DNA from: Eledone cirrhosa
Taxonomy: Eukaryota
DNA length: 64,000 nucleotides
Direction: 5' to 3'
Assembly (NCBI GenBank): GCA_964016885.1
Contig: OZ024741.1
Span: forward strand, 29,636,001-29,700,000
Below the pieces are notes generated by a model, which was not told the origin of the DNA, ran no database searches, and saw only the letters and a list, made by a program, of their open reading frames with translations. How positions within the stretch are numbered: position 1 is the first letter of the stretch; each line of letters begins with the position of its first letter. Positions 43,805-56,737 of this stretch are shown here, in pieces. The position numbers and the translations under genes are program-made.

Positions 43805-46420
43805 TAGTGAAAATTTGAACGGGAACAAAAACAGAGAGTCAGACAAATAAAGGGTTATTAGGTTCACGCTCTTGAGAGTGGGGGGAGGGGACATTTCGGG
43901 CATAAGGCCTTCTTCAGGAGAAAATTGGATAGGAAGAGAGTTCCGAGGGTGTGTAGAGGAGGGGTGGAAAGACATTTAGAAAAAAGGGGGAAGGAGAACA
44001 AATAAAAATAAAAATAAACATAAAAGTAAACATAAAAATAAACAATAAAATGAACAAGTGGTGGAAGGGTGTGAGGCGTATAAGGGTGGTGGCGGGGGTT
44101 CGAATCGAGGAGGGCTGAAGGTGGTGTTTGTGTATGGGTGTACGTGTGTGCCTGCGTCTGTATGTGAATGTGAGAGTTGGGGGAATAACGAGATTCTATG
44201 TTCAGGAAAAGGTTTGTGCGTGGGGTGGAGTGTAAGTCGGTGTGTGCGTGCGTATGGAAGGAGAGGGGTCAGGGGGATGGCGGAGGAGGCCTGTCGATTC
44301 CGGAGGCTGAGTGTGTATATGTGGAAGTATGCATGTGTGTGTTTGTGTTTATATGTGGTGTGGATGTAGGTGGCGTTGGGCGAAAACAAATGTGAGTGTA
44401 TGTTCGTGGGTAAGTTCCTAAGGTAGTTCCATGGAGTGTGCGAAGAGGTGCTGGATATTTTTCATGTTATGGAGTGGATGGCTAGAGCTATGACCGGTGG
44501 TGTAGAATGCAATGTTTGTGGTGGTCGGAAGTGGAGGGAAGTGGGGTGCAGGCGCAACAGGAAGTGATCAGAGGGTTAGGCAGGGTGAAGAGATAGCAGT
44601 AGAGGAGGATGACAGGTGGAGAAACGGTCAGTGTGGTGAGGACTGTGAGTGTGTCTGTGTGTGCGGAGGTGCGATGGAAGCGGAGAGGATGGGTAGGTGT
44701 GAAGGGTGGAAGGGGAAGGTGGTGATGTGGGGAATGGGGTGGATATTAGTAGACGTGTTAGTGGGATGTGTGTGTGAAGGGGTGTAGGTGGAGCGGGGAC
44801 AAGGAGAGGGAGAGAAAAGGTGTTGGGGACGGTGGAGGGAGTGTAGTGTACTGGTGTGTGTGTGCGTGTTTGGATGAGTGTGTGTGTGGTAAAGGGGGTG
44901 TTAGTGGGTGTTAGTATTACATATGGTGGAGAAAGGGTTGAAAGCGGGTGTGTAATTTGTGGTTAGAGGTGGTTGGATGTGTAGAATGGGTGGTGTACGT
45001 AGGTGTGGGTCGGTGTGTGTGATGGTGTGCGGGTGTGTGTGTGATGGTGTGTGTTCGTGGGTGTGGGGTCGGGGGGGGAGGTTAGTGATGTTAGTTGTGG
45101 GGTGGTCGGAGTGGATGTGTGGGTGAGGGTTAGTGATGGTAGTAGGGTGTGTGGATAGTGTGAGTGCGTGTATATATGTTCAGGTGGGTGTGTGCGTGAT
45201 AGGGGTGGGGTGGGCAGTTGGTATTGTTAGTTGGGGATGACCGGGGGGTGTTAGTTAGTATTGTTAGTTGTGGGATGAGCCAAGGGTGTGGGGCAGTGAA
45301 AGGAGGAGGGCGTTAGTGGAGGATGTGTGTGTGGGGGGAGGAGGGGGGGGGGAGGGGTCCGAGGTATAAATGTATAGGGGTGGGGAGTTCAGGCCGGGGG
45401 GGGTCTATAGGGTGAAGATGGTGCGTTGTTCGACCGTGAGGCGGGTGGCGGGTGTTCCATGGCATTGGAGTAGACCACAGATTGTGAGGTGGTTGGCGGA
45501 ATGTCCCGGAGGTATTCCGTGAAGCGGTCAACCATGACGTCCAGTCTGTCCGACGTAGGTTGCGCTGCACTCCGTGCAGCGAAATCCATAGACTAGGTTG
45601 GAGGAGGTGCAGCGGAACGCGTGCCGGACAGAGAGAGAGTGGCCGTTGGGACCATGGAAGGTGGTGGTGTTGGTGATGTGGGAGCAGGTGTGCAACGAGG
45701 GCTGGAGCAGGGAAGAGAACCGGGGAGGGAGAAAGTGCGTGGGTCTGAGGGGGGGGGGCTGTGGACGTAGAGGGTGCGGAGATTTCATGCGCGTTTGAAG
45801 GAGGGGAAGATGGGGGAGGTGGAGGGGTCGGACCAGAGGCGGAGGAAGAGGCGGAGGATGGTGCGGTGGAGGGGTAGGGTAGAGGGGTGGTAGGTGATGG
45901 GGAAGGGGAGGCGGTGGGTGGGTGTGCGGTGGCGTGTGGTGAGGGCGGTGGAGCGGTAGCACGGGCGCGAGTGAGGGCGGTGTGGACAATGGGATAACGT
46001 CGCCGGATGAAATGGCTGACTAGGGAAAGAGCCTGGGACTCAAAGTCAGCATCTCGGCTGCAGAGGCGGCGGATGCGGAGGAGTTGGGAGTAGGAAATAG
46101 AGTGTTTTGTGTGTGTAGGGTGGGAGGAGGTGAAGTCGAGGTAGGAGTTGGCGTCGGTGGGTTTGAAGAAGGCGGAGGTGACGAGGGAGTGGTGGGAGGG
46201 GTCGATGGTGATGGAGATGTCTAAGAAGTGGACCTGGGACGTGGAGATAGTGGTGGTGAAGTGGAGGGAGGGGTGGAAGGAGCAGCAGAAGGAGAGAAAG
46301 GAGTCGAGCTGTTCTCGGGTGAAGGTTGTGGCTCCGATACGTCGGCGATGTAACGACTGTACAGTTCGGGCGTGGGGCCGGTCTACTGGGCAAAGATTTG
46401 GGCCTCAACATGGCCAACAT
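43805..46420 (-). mobile_element. 5'-truncated, degenerate Neptune-like PLE with a long C-rich 3' UTR, flanked by (TA)n
   Basis: Minus-strand translation: YVGHVE..LYSRYIAD..FHPSLHFT..VHFLDI..FFKPTDANSYLDFTSSHP..SYSQLLRIRRLCS, then CSHI..FRCTSSNLVYGFRCTECSATYVGQTGR. Stops/frameshifts present. HHR-like CTGAAGA-aggc-cttat-gccc-GAAAtGTC at ~43887-43920. Confidence 0.88.
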
Positions 46421-46749
46421 ATATATATATATATATATATTCATTTGTATTACACGGCTAATGAGCTATTTAATTGTAAAAGACTATTTCGAGTTTATAA
46501 CTCAATATTTCATATATATATATTAAAATAACAGATTAAAGTTTAAGCAAAGACTCGCTGCTTTCACACTTAACGGGATCTCTTCTATAACTAAAAACTT
46601 TTTAGTTCCAGAAGATCCCGTTAAGGGTCAAAGCAGCGACTTTTTGCTTAAACTTTAATCTTTTACTTTAATAAATATTTGCTCTATGGTTTTATATATT
46701 TATTATCGGGCCCTCATTGGATTTTAGTCTTCACATTTATTTTTATTAC

Positions 46750-46790
<41 letters not shown>

Positions 46791-46818
46791 GTATATATAT
46801 ATACATATATATATATAC

Positions 46819-46860
<42 letters not shown>

Positions 46861-46863
<3 letters not shown>

Positions 46864-47801
46864 TTGTTATATTTGGGGAGGGTCATATTTGCGTAATATT
46901 GCCAGAATTAATAACAGAACACACTCACTGTTTGGTTGGTTTTCGCTTCTCGCTGTCTTTTATATATATATATCTGCGATCTAACTTACTCGGTCCTCAA
47001 TGTTGCCATTGACTGACCGGCGGTCAAAAATAATACAGATACAATATAGACAAACACATATATATATAGTTTACATAAATCTTTCGTTGCACATCTGCAA
47101 CATCGTCAGTGATGTTATATTCATTGTTCCTCCTGTTGTGTTGTATGTCTACGCCATTTTTTTTTGTTCAGTCTGTCTATATATTTATTTATTTATTTGC
47201 TTGTTTGTTTATCTTATTTTATTTTGTCTTCTTTGCGCATGCGTTTGCGTGTGTGTATAGTGTTATGTGTGATGTGTGACTAGTGTGTATAGTGTTGTGT
47301 CTGCTGGGTGACTAGTGTGTGTTTATGTGCTTGTGTATGTATTTATTTATCTTATTTTATTTAATTTAATTTACTTATTTATTTATACTTCTCTTAGGTC
47401 AGTGTTGTTTGTTTGGGTGTTGTTGTTGTTCCACTCATTCTTTCTGTTTAGCTTTGGTCTTCTAATTTCTATTTCACTGGCCTCTCTGATTTGCCTATCT
47501 GCTGGGTCATTCCTATGTTTAGATATTATTCTAATTTCTATGTTGTCTATGTTACCGTCATGATGTTGTCTAGCATGTTCGTATAGTACTGACCCGTTTT
47601 TTCGTCCTTTTAGTTCCCCCCAGTGTTGGTCTATCCTTTCACCTATGCTACGAGCTGTCTCACCTATGTATGTTGTTGTCGTGTTTCTGCAAGTACCCTC
47701 TGTACATCTTATGCTATAGACTACGTTTCTAGTTTTACAGTTTATCCGGGGGTTCACCTTACATATGATACATTTCCTATTGGTACAGTGGGTTTTCTTA
47801 A
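46861..47801 (-). repeat. 3' pseudo-LTR of the 1210-aa PLE
   Basis: Near-identical to 50990-51930. Contains the EN C-terminus, the 3' UTR and the first ORF codons (ATGACCCTCCCCAAATATAACAATAT) running into (AT)n. Confidence 0.93.
47073..47120 (-). ncRNA. Hammerhead-like motif in the pLTR (second copy ~51202-51249)
   Basis: Minus strand CTGACGA-t-GTTGCA-gatg-TGCAAC-GAAA-gatTTA. Core and stem II good; stems I and III weak. Confidence 0.5.
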
Positions 47802-50800
47802 AAGGGTAGGTTTTGCTGATCAGGGATTTTATGGTGGTTCCTGGCTTTTCTACCACCTTTATTTTTAAGTGGGTCTTTCTCAGGGCCTTTCTACACTGGT
47901 TAGCTAATTTCCCTCCAGGGGTGGCGTCCACAAACATGACACTCTGATATCTCTGGTTGTCGTACCATGATGTGGCCTTCCCTATCTTATGTCTAGCCCT
48001 ATCTAAGCTATTCCATGATTTGCTCCTGTATAGTGGGCAAATTCCTTTCATGTCCAGTTCTATGATGGTCTTATACTTTTCCATGGCTCCTTCGTATACT
48101 CTGACTCTGTCTCTTTGGTTGTAGCCAGAGAACTGCATGCGGTTGATGAAGTGTTGGATGTGTCCTTCCATTTCTGTTGGGTCGCACATGCTGGACACAT
48201 TCTTCATCACTCGTACCAAATCTGCGATCAGAATATTAAACTTAGCACTACTGGACATTGCTGAGTTTTTGAGTATCAGGTATTTGGAGGCCATGGGTTT
48301 AGCATAGTGTGAGTGGAGAATTTGGGCTCTCTCGTCTATAGTGTTAATCCAGAGTTCTGTGTCTAATACAGGTAGTCTATTGTTAGGGTGTTTGGAAGGG
48401 AAGTCTATAGTTACAGTTATACTCTGGTGTATGGAATTAGCTATCTGCTGGATGCTTTCCATCGTGCTACGTTCTAAATCAAACTTGTTAGTGCTCTCTA
48501 GTGGGGGTGTTCTTATAACTATATTGATATCGTCTACATAACGAGAGTACATGATGAGGTCTATGGAGCTTTCATTAAGGAGATCTTTAAGTCTCCTTTC
48601 CCACCATACCATGAAAAGGTTGGCAACATCGCCAGCTATGCTGACGCCGATGGCTGCTCCCTCATTTTGGGTGTAGATTTTCTCATTGAACTTAAATATG
48701 TGGCCCTTTAGGGTAGTTTTGATACTAGCCCCTATTGCATGTGCGACCATTTTTCTTACCTGATCAGTGTTTTGGGGGGTCCGTATAGCTTTGGTCCACC
48801 CAATCCACCTTCCTATGGGAGTCTTTTTAGCCATTGAGGTTATGGTGGGGGGTCTACCTCTTATAGGTCTACTAGGGCAGAAACATCTAAGGTCATGGCT
48901 GTCTAGGTAGTCAGTGTCGTAGGTAAGTCTAATTAGGAGGCCCAGTTCGTCTGTGTCGACGTCGCAGAACTCCACCTCACTCTCAATGATCATCTCCACA
49001 CATCTTTTCACAGCAAAATCAATGTTAATGGATGGGTACAGTGACACCACATCCATGCTGCCTATTATGCAGTTGGATAGGCTCCTGTTTTTGTTGCACT
49101 CACTGATTCTGCTGAGAAGGTCCTCTGTACTTTCACATACATCTGGGGACATCTTGATTATGGGGCGTATAACCATTGAGAGGAAGTAGGAGATCCTGTA
49201 GTTGCTAGCTATATTAGCTCCGCATACAGGTCTTGTTGGTGGTCCTGTTGTCGGGTCGTCGACTGTCTTGTGGTCTTTGCGGAGCCCATACAAGGGTGGT
49301 ATGCCATTGTTAGACGCCTGGAAGTTGTTGGCAGTGCGTCTGCTTGGCTTTAGGATGTCAGTCCACATCATCATGTGAGCGTTGAGGATTTTTTCTCTCC
49401 CATCGTGTGTTAGTTGTGCAACTTCGCTCGTGTTGGTGATGTGGGGTTGCATTGCCTCGATGTAGTTCGGCATGCTATCTATTGACATCCTACCAGACTT
49501 ATCTGTGGGTAGACACACTACCTCACCATCCCTTGTGCGCTGCTTGAGGCTAACCAAGCCTTCTACAGGTTTTATCCCAAGTTGTTGGGCCTCTGGTCTG
49601 CTCTGTCTCATAGTGTACCTGTCTACTACTTGTCTAATCTTATTTCTAGCTATGGTGAACTGTGCCTCCGTCTCGTCATCTATTTGTTGTGGTATGCAAA
49701 CTCTTTTATTAAAGGGTAACCTCGTAGGATAGATATTACCCATCTTATATGTTTTGTCAGCTGGGTTGAAAAATAGTTTCTCTAAGGGGTTGTCGTTATT
49801 TCTATCGTCATAGTTGTGTGTGTTGCTATTATTATTATCATGGTGGTTGTTGTTGTTTCTATCATTAGCATTAATATTATTATTGTTATGATTGCTAGAT
49901 GTATTGTTGTTTACTTCACCGTTATTGTTGTTGTTGTTACTGCTATTTCTACCATTGTGGTTGTTACTATTATTATGTTTCTTGTTTTTGTTGATGTTGC
50001 TACATGTACTATTTCCATTATTACCACTGTGGTTATTGTTGTTGTTGTTGTTCGTATTGTTACCGTTATTACTACTGTGGTCACTGTTGCTGTGTCTGTG
50101 GTTAACGTTTCTATTATTATTATTATTGTGGTTGTTGTTGTTCTGTCTATCGCTAGTATTATTACCATTATCACTATTTCTCACTTTCCTGCCATTGTTA
50201 TGGTTATGGCTGTTATTTCTATACCCAGAGTTATTGTTTATATTACTACTACCGTTATTATTGTTGTTGTTGTTTACCTTTGCATTCCAACGTATTTTTG
50301 TGAAACACTTTTCCAGTTCCGTTTTGCATTCCATAGGGTTAATCTTTTTGTAGATGGCAAATTTTGGTGGTAACTTTAGGATTTGTTGTTCTTGTTCACT
50401 GATTAAAGTGTTCCCATAGATATTTACTGTGTGGTCATTGGTAAATTCTTCCGGTAGTTTTACATCACTCATACGGATGTTGTCGATGTTATCTGGGTAT
50501 TTTTGAGAATATTCGATTTTCCTTTCTTGTAGTTTTTTCTTATTCATCCATTCTAATTTCTTCTTGAAATGCCTACAGCATTCGTTTTGAGCATATTTCG
50601 TTTCGCGTCGGATGACGCTCATGAAGTCATCTCTCTCGTTTGCTGTGATGAGATTTCGGATTTCCTTACCGTTGATGCGTTTTTGTCTGTAGAGTGCGTT
50701 GACTTTTGTGTATGTTGTTCTTTTCATATTAACTGTTATTGTGTGTTTTAGCCGTTCAGCTTGTGTTTTGTTCAATAATAAATTATTTACTTGTTTTGAT

Positions 50801-51015
50801 ATGTTTGTTGTGTATGTTTTGGAGGAAACACAGTGTTTTAAGAAGCGGATTTGTTCTGTTGTTATTGTAGTTTTTATATAACAGAAAACAGTGTCTTTCA
50901 ATAACCTTTCAGCTTGGCACAAGCTAATGCCATAGCGGCGATGAATTAGTTTTGCGAGGTTTTTTATATGAAATCGTGTGTCGAAACAGATATTGTTATA
51001 TTTGGGGAGGGTCAT
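47383..51015 (-). CDS. PLE polyprotein: reverse transcriptase + Cys-rich linker + GIY-YIG endonuclease (1210 aa); clade unresolved (Nematis/Neptune-like)
   Basis: RT motifs TDKSGR, LYGLRKDHK, PTRPVCG, GSMDVVSLYPSI, GAAIG..IAGDVANLFM, RYVDD, LPVLD. Linker [50 protein letters not shown]. Confidence 0.95.
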   Translation of the reverse strand: MTLPKYNNICFDTRFHIKNLAKLIHRRYGISLCQAERLLKDTVFCYIKTTITTEQIRFLKHCVSSKTYTTNISKQVNNLLLNKTQAERLKHTITVNMKRTTYTKVNALYRQKRINGKEIRNLITANERDDFMSVIRRETKYAQNECCRHFKKKLEWMNKKKLQERKIEYSQKYPDNIDNIRMSDVKLPEEFTNDHTVNIYGNTLISEQEQQILKLPPKFAIYKKINPMECKTELEKCFTKIRWNAKVNNNNNNNGSSNINNNSGYRNNSHNHNNGRKVRNSDNGNNTSDRQNNNNHNNNNNRNVNHRHSNSDHSSNNGNNTNNNNNNNHSGNNGNSTCSNINKNKKHNNSNNHNGRNSSNNNNNNGEVNNNTSSNHNNNNINANDRNNNNHHDNNNSNTHNYDDRNNDNPLEKLFFNPADKTYKMGNIYPTRLPFNKRVCIPQQIDDETEAQFTIARNKIRQVVDRYTMRQSRPEAQQLGIKPVEGLVSLKQRTRDGEVVCLPTDKSGRMSIDSMPNYIEAMQPHITNTSEVAQLTHDGREKILNAHMMMWTDILKPSRRTANNFQASNNGIPPLYGLRKDHKTVDDPTTGPPTRPVCGANIASNYRISYFLSMVIRPIIKMSPDVCESTEDLLSRISECNKNRSLSNCIIGSMDVVSLYPSINIDFAVKRCVEMIIESEVEFCDVDTDELGLLIRLTYDTDYLDSHDLRCFCPSRPIRGRPPTITSMAKKTPIGRWIGWTKAIRTPQNTDQVRKMVAHAIGASIKTTLKGHIFKFNEKIYTQNEGAAIGVSIAGDVANLFMVWWERRLKDLLNESSIDLIMYSRYVDDINIVIRTPPLESTNKFDLERSTMESIQQIANSIHQSITVTIDFPSKHPNNRLPVLDTELWINTIDERAQILHSHYAKPMASKYLILKNSAMSSSAKFNILIADLVRVMKNVSSMCDPTEMEGHIQHFINRMQFSGYNQRDRVRVYEGAMEKYKTIIELDMKGICPLYRSKSWNSLDRARHKIGKATSWYDNQRYQSVMFVDATPGGKLANQCRKALRKTHLKIKVVEKPGTTIKSLISKTYPFKKTHCTNRKCIICKVNPRINCKTRNVVYSIRCTEGTCRNTTTTYIGETARSIGERIDQHWGELKGRKNGSVLYEHARQHHDGNIDNIEIRIISKHRNDPADRQIREASEIEIRRPKLNRKNEWNNNNTQTNNTDLREV

Positions 51016-51930
51016 ATTTGCGTAATATTGCCAGAATTAATAACAGAACACACTCACTGTTTGGTTGGTTTTCGCTTCTCGCTGTCTTTTATATATATAT
51101 ATCTGCGATCTAACTTACTCGGTCCTCAATGTTGCCATTGACTGACCGGCGGTCAAAAATAATACAGATACAATATAGACAAACACATATATATATAGTT
51201 TACATAAATCTTTCGTTGCACATCTGCAACATCGTCAGTGGTGTTATATTCATTGTTCCTCCTGTTGTGTTGTATGTCTACGCCATTTTTTTTTGTTCAG
51301 TCTGTCTATATATTTATTTATTTATTTGCCTGTTTGTTTATCTTATTTTATTTTGTCTTCTTTGCGCATGCGTTTGCGTGTGTGTATAGTGTTATGTGTG
51401 ATGTGTGACTAGTGTGTATAGTGTTGTGTCTGCTGGGTGACTAGTGTGTGTTTATGTGCTTGTGTATGTATTTATTTATCTTATTTTATTTAATTTAATT
51501 TACTTATTTATTTATACTTCTCTTAGGTCAGTGTTGTTTGTTTGGGTGTTGTTGTTGTTCCACTCATTCTTTCTGTTTAGCTTTGGTCTTCTAATTTCTA
51601 TTTCACTGGCCTCTCTGATTTGCCTATCTGCTGGGTCATTCCTATGTTTAGATATTATTCTAATTTCTATGTTGTCTATGTTACCGTCATGATGTTGTCT
51701 AGCATGTTCGTATAGTACTGACCCGTTTTTTCGTCCTTTTAGTTCCCCCCAGTGTTGGTCTATCCTTTCACCTATGCTACGAGCTGTCTCACCTATGTAT
51801 GTTGTTGTCGTGTTTCTGCAAGTACCCTCTGTACATCTTATGCTATAGACTACGTTTCTAGTTTTACAGTTTATCCGGGGGTTCACCTTACATATGATAC
51901 ATTTCCTATTGGTACAGTGGGTTTTCTTAA
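50990..51930 (-). repeat. 5' pseudo-LTR of the 1210-aa PLE
   Basis: Direct repeat of 46861-47801; explains the duplicated GIY-YIG peptide in ORF 51512..52603. Confidence 0.93.
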
Positions 51931-52125
51931 GATATATATATAAGATATATATATATATATAAAAGACAGCGAGAAGCGAAAACCAACCAAACAGTGAGTG
52001 TGTTCTGTTATTAATTCTGGCAATATTACGCAAATATGACCCTCCCCAAATATAACAATATCTGTTTCGACACACGATTTCATATAAAAAACCTCGCAAA
52101 ACTAATTCATCGCCGCTATATATAC

Positions 52126-52294
<169 letters not shown>

Positions 52295-52295
52295 C

Positions 52296-52588
<293 letters not shown>

Positions 52589-52600
52589 TATGTATATAAT

Positions 52601-52760
52601 CAAGGTTTAGCAAATAAGAAAAAGTTTCAAAATAAATTTCAAAAAATTCACTGTACTTACTATGGTTACTTTTACCGAATCGGTTTTGAGTCTCAAAAAT
52701 AAATAGATAATCCTTGCAGGCTTCCATTGAAAAGATAAACTCTCGTCAGAAGGTTCTTTT
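52601..52760 (-). mobile_element. 3' end of another PLE-like family with a long-stem-II hammerhead (second fragment 42445-42546)
   Basis: CCTT-CTGACGA-GAGTTT..AGACTC-(G/A)AAA-CCGAyTCGG-TA-AArG. GAAA is intact in the 42.5 kb copy and AAAA here. Both copies end at (TA)n. Confidence 0.6.
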
Positions 52761-52895
52761 CACTTGGAGAATATAAAATTCCCGAGTTCAAATTACGAAC
52801 TGGCGCTATTCAAAATTGTTCCCGTGATGAGAATGAATGATGTAGAAGCAATTCTGTACAGTGCCGTGTGCAAAAATTATATATATATATATATA

Positions 52896-55800
52896 TATGA
52901 AGAAGAAGTTTATGAAACGGAAATGCGGGTATAAAGAATTTACTAGGTAACAATTGTTTCTATAGTGTGTGGGTTACCTATACCTCGCTATTTGTATAAT
53001 ATAAAAATATTATCATAAATTGTAGGTACACTGTAAGAGAACACACCATGTCGTCAGACATTTATGGTAGAATGATAGGAGAATATTTTATACACTAGAT
53101 ATGTGAGAAAGTAGGAGGTAGGAAGGGAAGAGGGAAGCGAGTAAGGGGGAGGTAGTCTTAGGATTCAAGACTGTCAGAGTAGCAGAGATTGTATAGAAGA
53201 AAATGTTTTGTCAGCAGTTAGCTAAATGAGGTGTGTTAGGGTTGGCGGGGGAAGTAAATTCTTCTAGTGGTGTTGTTTGGACAAAATTTAGTTAAAGGGG
53301 TCAATGTAGTACAGAATTATAGACAAGTTATTGGGGCTATTATAGTAGCAGGATATTTCTAAAGGGGTCTAAAAAACAGTGTTTAGTGCTATTATTATAA
53401 AAAGCCATATCGTGTGTATAAACATATAAAAATATGAAATAAAAATAATAAAAATTTGCAAATGGTGGTGTAAAAAAGATAACATTACATTCATTTAAAA
53501 AAGAAAAAGTCGTTTTTAAACGATGGTTACAGTAAAGTGAACGTTCAATTTTGCTGTTCAAAAATTTGTTTTCTGACGTTAAAATGCAGTATATCTCCAT
53601 ATTGCATAATTTACAAAATCGGTGATTTTGATAATATGCTGGCGCAAATGCAATAATTTGCGAATCAAGGGAGAATGCTTGATTGTTCTTCTGAAGCTGC
53701 CAGGCTTTATCGGCGAGGGTTTTTACGGAGCGCATTTTCTCACGCTTGATCGAAGATCGATGTTGGTATAGGCGAGCTTTGAAAGATATTGCGGTACATC
53801 CGACGTAATACCATTTGTTGGTTCCGGAATTTATTGTACATCGGTAGACAATATTGCGTGTTAGGCATTGGTTATTCAATGGGCACGAACCTGGTTTAGT
53901 GCCGTTACAGTTATTTTTATGTTTTGCAGTAGTATCCTGGATAGTTTGGTGGGGTTGTAGCTGCGTGTTAGCGCGTTGTATGTCGCTATGCTGGTGCGCT
54001 GTGTCATTAGGGATGTACTTATTTAGTATTGTTGAGTTGAGTTTTTTAATTAGTTGTTCTATGTTAGGCGCAGTGGAGTATGAGAGTCTAATGGTGCGCG
54101 AGCTTAAGATTGCATAGTATTTATGTGAAGTTGTAAAGTGTTTATTGACCAGTGTATAGAATTGTGAGATAATCTTAGTGCTAATAGAAATATTGTACAC
54201 GGGGTTATACCATATGTACTCTCTACGTCTAACTCTATTCGTTGGTTTGCACCTATTATTATGCCTATTAATGTGCCTGTGTGGTGCAATACTAGTTCGA
54301 CTTAGATGTGATTTATTCATAGTACCTATGTGGTTATCTTCTAGATATTCTATTTTCTCGCAGTAACCAGCTTTTCTAAGTGTGTCGTTATAATACTCAG
54401 CATGCTCGTTGAAGGTCTGCAAATTAGACGATAGTCGGGAGATCCTTATGGATATATTTTTAGGGATAGATTTAATAATGGAATGGGGATGGTTCGATCT
54501 TACATTAACGTACTTGAGATTTTCATTAAGTTTGTGAAATGGCTTTATATTACCGTTATTAAGGATGAAGGTGACATCCAAGAAATTGACCACTTTAAGT
54601 TTGTGTTCGAAGGTAATACTAAGTCCTAGTTCTAAGAAAAGTTTCCTAATGTTTTTACGTCGCCTGTCTAGGTTTTGTTTGTTCATATTTTTGACTAATA
54701 GGAGTGCATCATCACGGTAGATTCCGCCGTGGAGGTGAATAAATTAGCTCTGGAGTCTGTGAGCTATATAGATTCCAACCAAATCCGTAACTTCCGCCGA
54801 ATCATTAGAACCCATCGTAATGTCAAATTCCGAGGGTCTATCTCTGCGAACCCAATAACTATTTTCAAAATGGACTACTGTGCGTCTAGCTTCAAGTATA
54901 ATATTAATATCCTCGTTTGTGAGGTCCGAGTTAGCCTTAACGAATGAGAGGGCCTTATGCAGAGTTTCAGGTGAAATAGAGGAATAGTATTCATCTATAT
55001 CGAATTGAATAAAAGAAGATTTGTTTTTGTCACTGATATTATTGAACCAACTTATTACCTGTTGAGTATTACCCCATAATTTAATATTTACCTTAGCCTT
55101 AACTTGAGGGATAATACGATCTAATATGTACTTACTGATTCTACCTATATCAGATTTTGAAGGACATATCAATCTAATTTTAGGGTTAGTATCGAAGTTA
55201 GCCTTATGGTCCTTCAAATTAAAAGTCGGTGTAGCAGGAGATAGGGGTTCCGTTCTGTCGTCGATTTTCAGTTTCTTAACAATATCACATGCTGCGTTAT
55301 TAATGTTGGTTAGTGTAGTTGCGTTTGTTTTTTTGTACTTCGTATGTAATTCCTTACGTATAAAATTATTATATCTTTCTACATCTAGGGTATATAGATT
55401 CGATGTTTTATCTGCCTTTATAATAATTCCTTTGGTATTTCTTAAGTTGTCGAGTAGAGTTTTAATCTCCCGTTGCAGTTAGTTTTTCCTTCCGTTTGCA
55501 AATTTGATTCCGGTTATCATTCTCATTAAGTCTTGCTCGAAAGAATCCAGAAGAGGGTTAGAGGGTGGGTTTTTGTAGGATTTGAAACCAAACTTATCGT
55601 TGTTGGTGTTGGAAGTTTGTGTAATCCGATTCCTATCGAAGTCAAAGGCCTTCCATCTAATCCGCCGAATAAATTCGTTGGTCCTTTGTATCATACCAAG
55701 AACGTATTCTTTTTTACCTTGAATGGGTATGTTTTTTAAGGACATACCATAATGATCTTTTTCCATTTCGGAGATGTAGGTTGATAGGTTACTCGACTGT

Positions 55801-56737
55801 AAAGGAGTGTGAAGAATTAATAAATCTGTACTCCAATGTTACTAGGTAGTCGCATTGGATGGAGTCAACCGACGTCGGAGATTGCTCAACGTATAATAAA
55901 ATATGCTTTAAAATCTGGAGAAAGTATGAAGAAGAAGTTTATGAAACGGAAATGCGGGTATAAAGAATTTACTAGGTAACAATTGTTTCTATAGTGTGTG
56001 GGTTACCTATACCTCGCTATTTGTATAATATAAAAATATTATCATAAATCGTAGGTACACTGTAAGAGAACACACCATGTCGTCAGACATTTATGGTAGA
56101 ATGATAGGAGAATATTTTATACACTAGATATGTGAGAAAGTAGGAGGTAGGAAGGGAAGAGGGAAGCGAGTAAGGGGGAGGTAGTCTTAGGATTCAAGAC
56201 TGTCAGAGTAGCAGAGATTGTATAGAAGAAAATGTTTTGTCAGCAGTTAGCTAAATGAGGTGTGTTAGGGTTGGCGGGGGAAGTAAATTCTTCTAGTGGT
56301 GTTGTTTGGACAAAATTTAGTTAAAGGGGTCAATGTAGTACAGAATTATAGACAAGTTATTGGGGCTATTATAGTAGCAGGATATTTCTAAAGGGGTCTA
56401 AAAAACAGTGTTTAGTGCTATTATTATAAAAAGCCATATCGTGTGTATAAACATATAAAAATATGAAATAAAAATAATAAAAATTTGCAAATGGTGATGT
56501 AAAAAAGATAACATTACATGTATTTAAAAAAAGAAAAAGTCGTTTTTAAACGATGGTTACAGTAAAGTGAACGTTCAATTTTGCTGTTCAAAAGTTTGTT
56601 TTCCGACGTTAAAATGCAGTATATCTCCATATTGCATAATTTACAAAATCGGTGATTTTGATAATATGCTGGCGCAAATGCAATAATTTGCGAATCAAGG
56701 GAGAATGCTTGATTGTTCTTCTGAAGCTGCCAGGCTT

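Larger units (their letters stand above)
46861..52117 (-). mobile_element. Young, full-length Penelope-like retroelement with direct pseudo-LTRs and a 5' inverted segment, inserted in (TA)n
   Basis: Intact ORF 47383-51015. Direct repeats 46861-47801 and 50990-51930 (offset 4129; two substitutions noticed). Inverted copy of the pLTR end/ORF start at ~51953-52117. (TA)n on both flanks. Confidence 0.95.

Noticed and set aside
53340-55766. Selenocysteine recoding as reported for some Naiads
   Set aside because: Both internal stops are TAA, not TGA, and are not at Cys positions.
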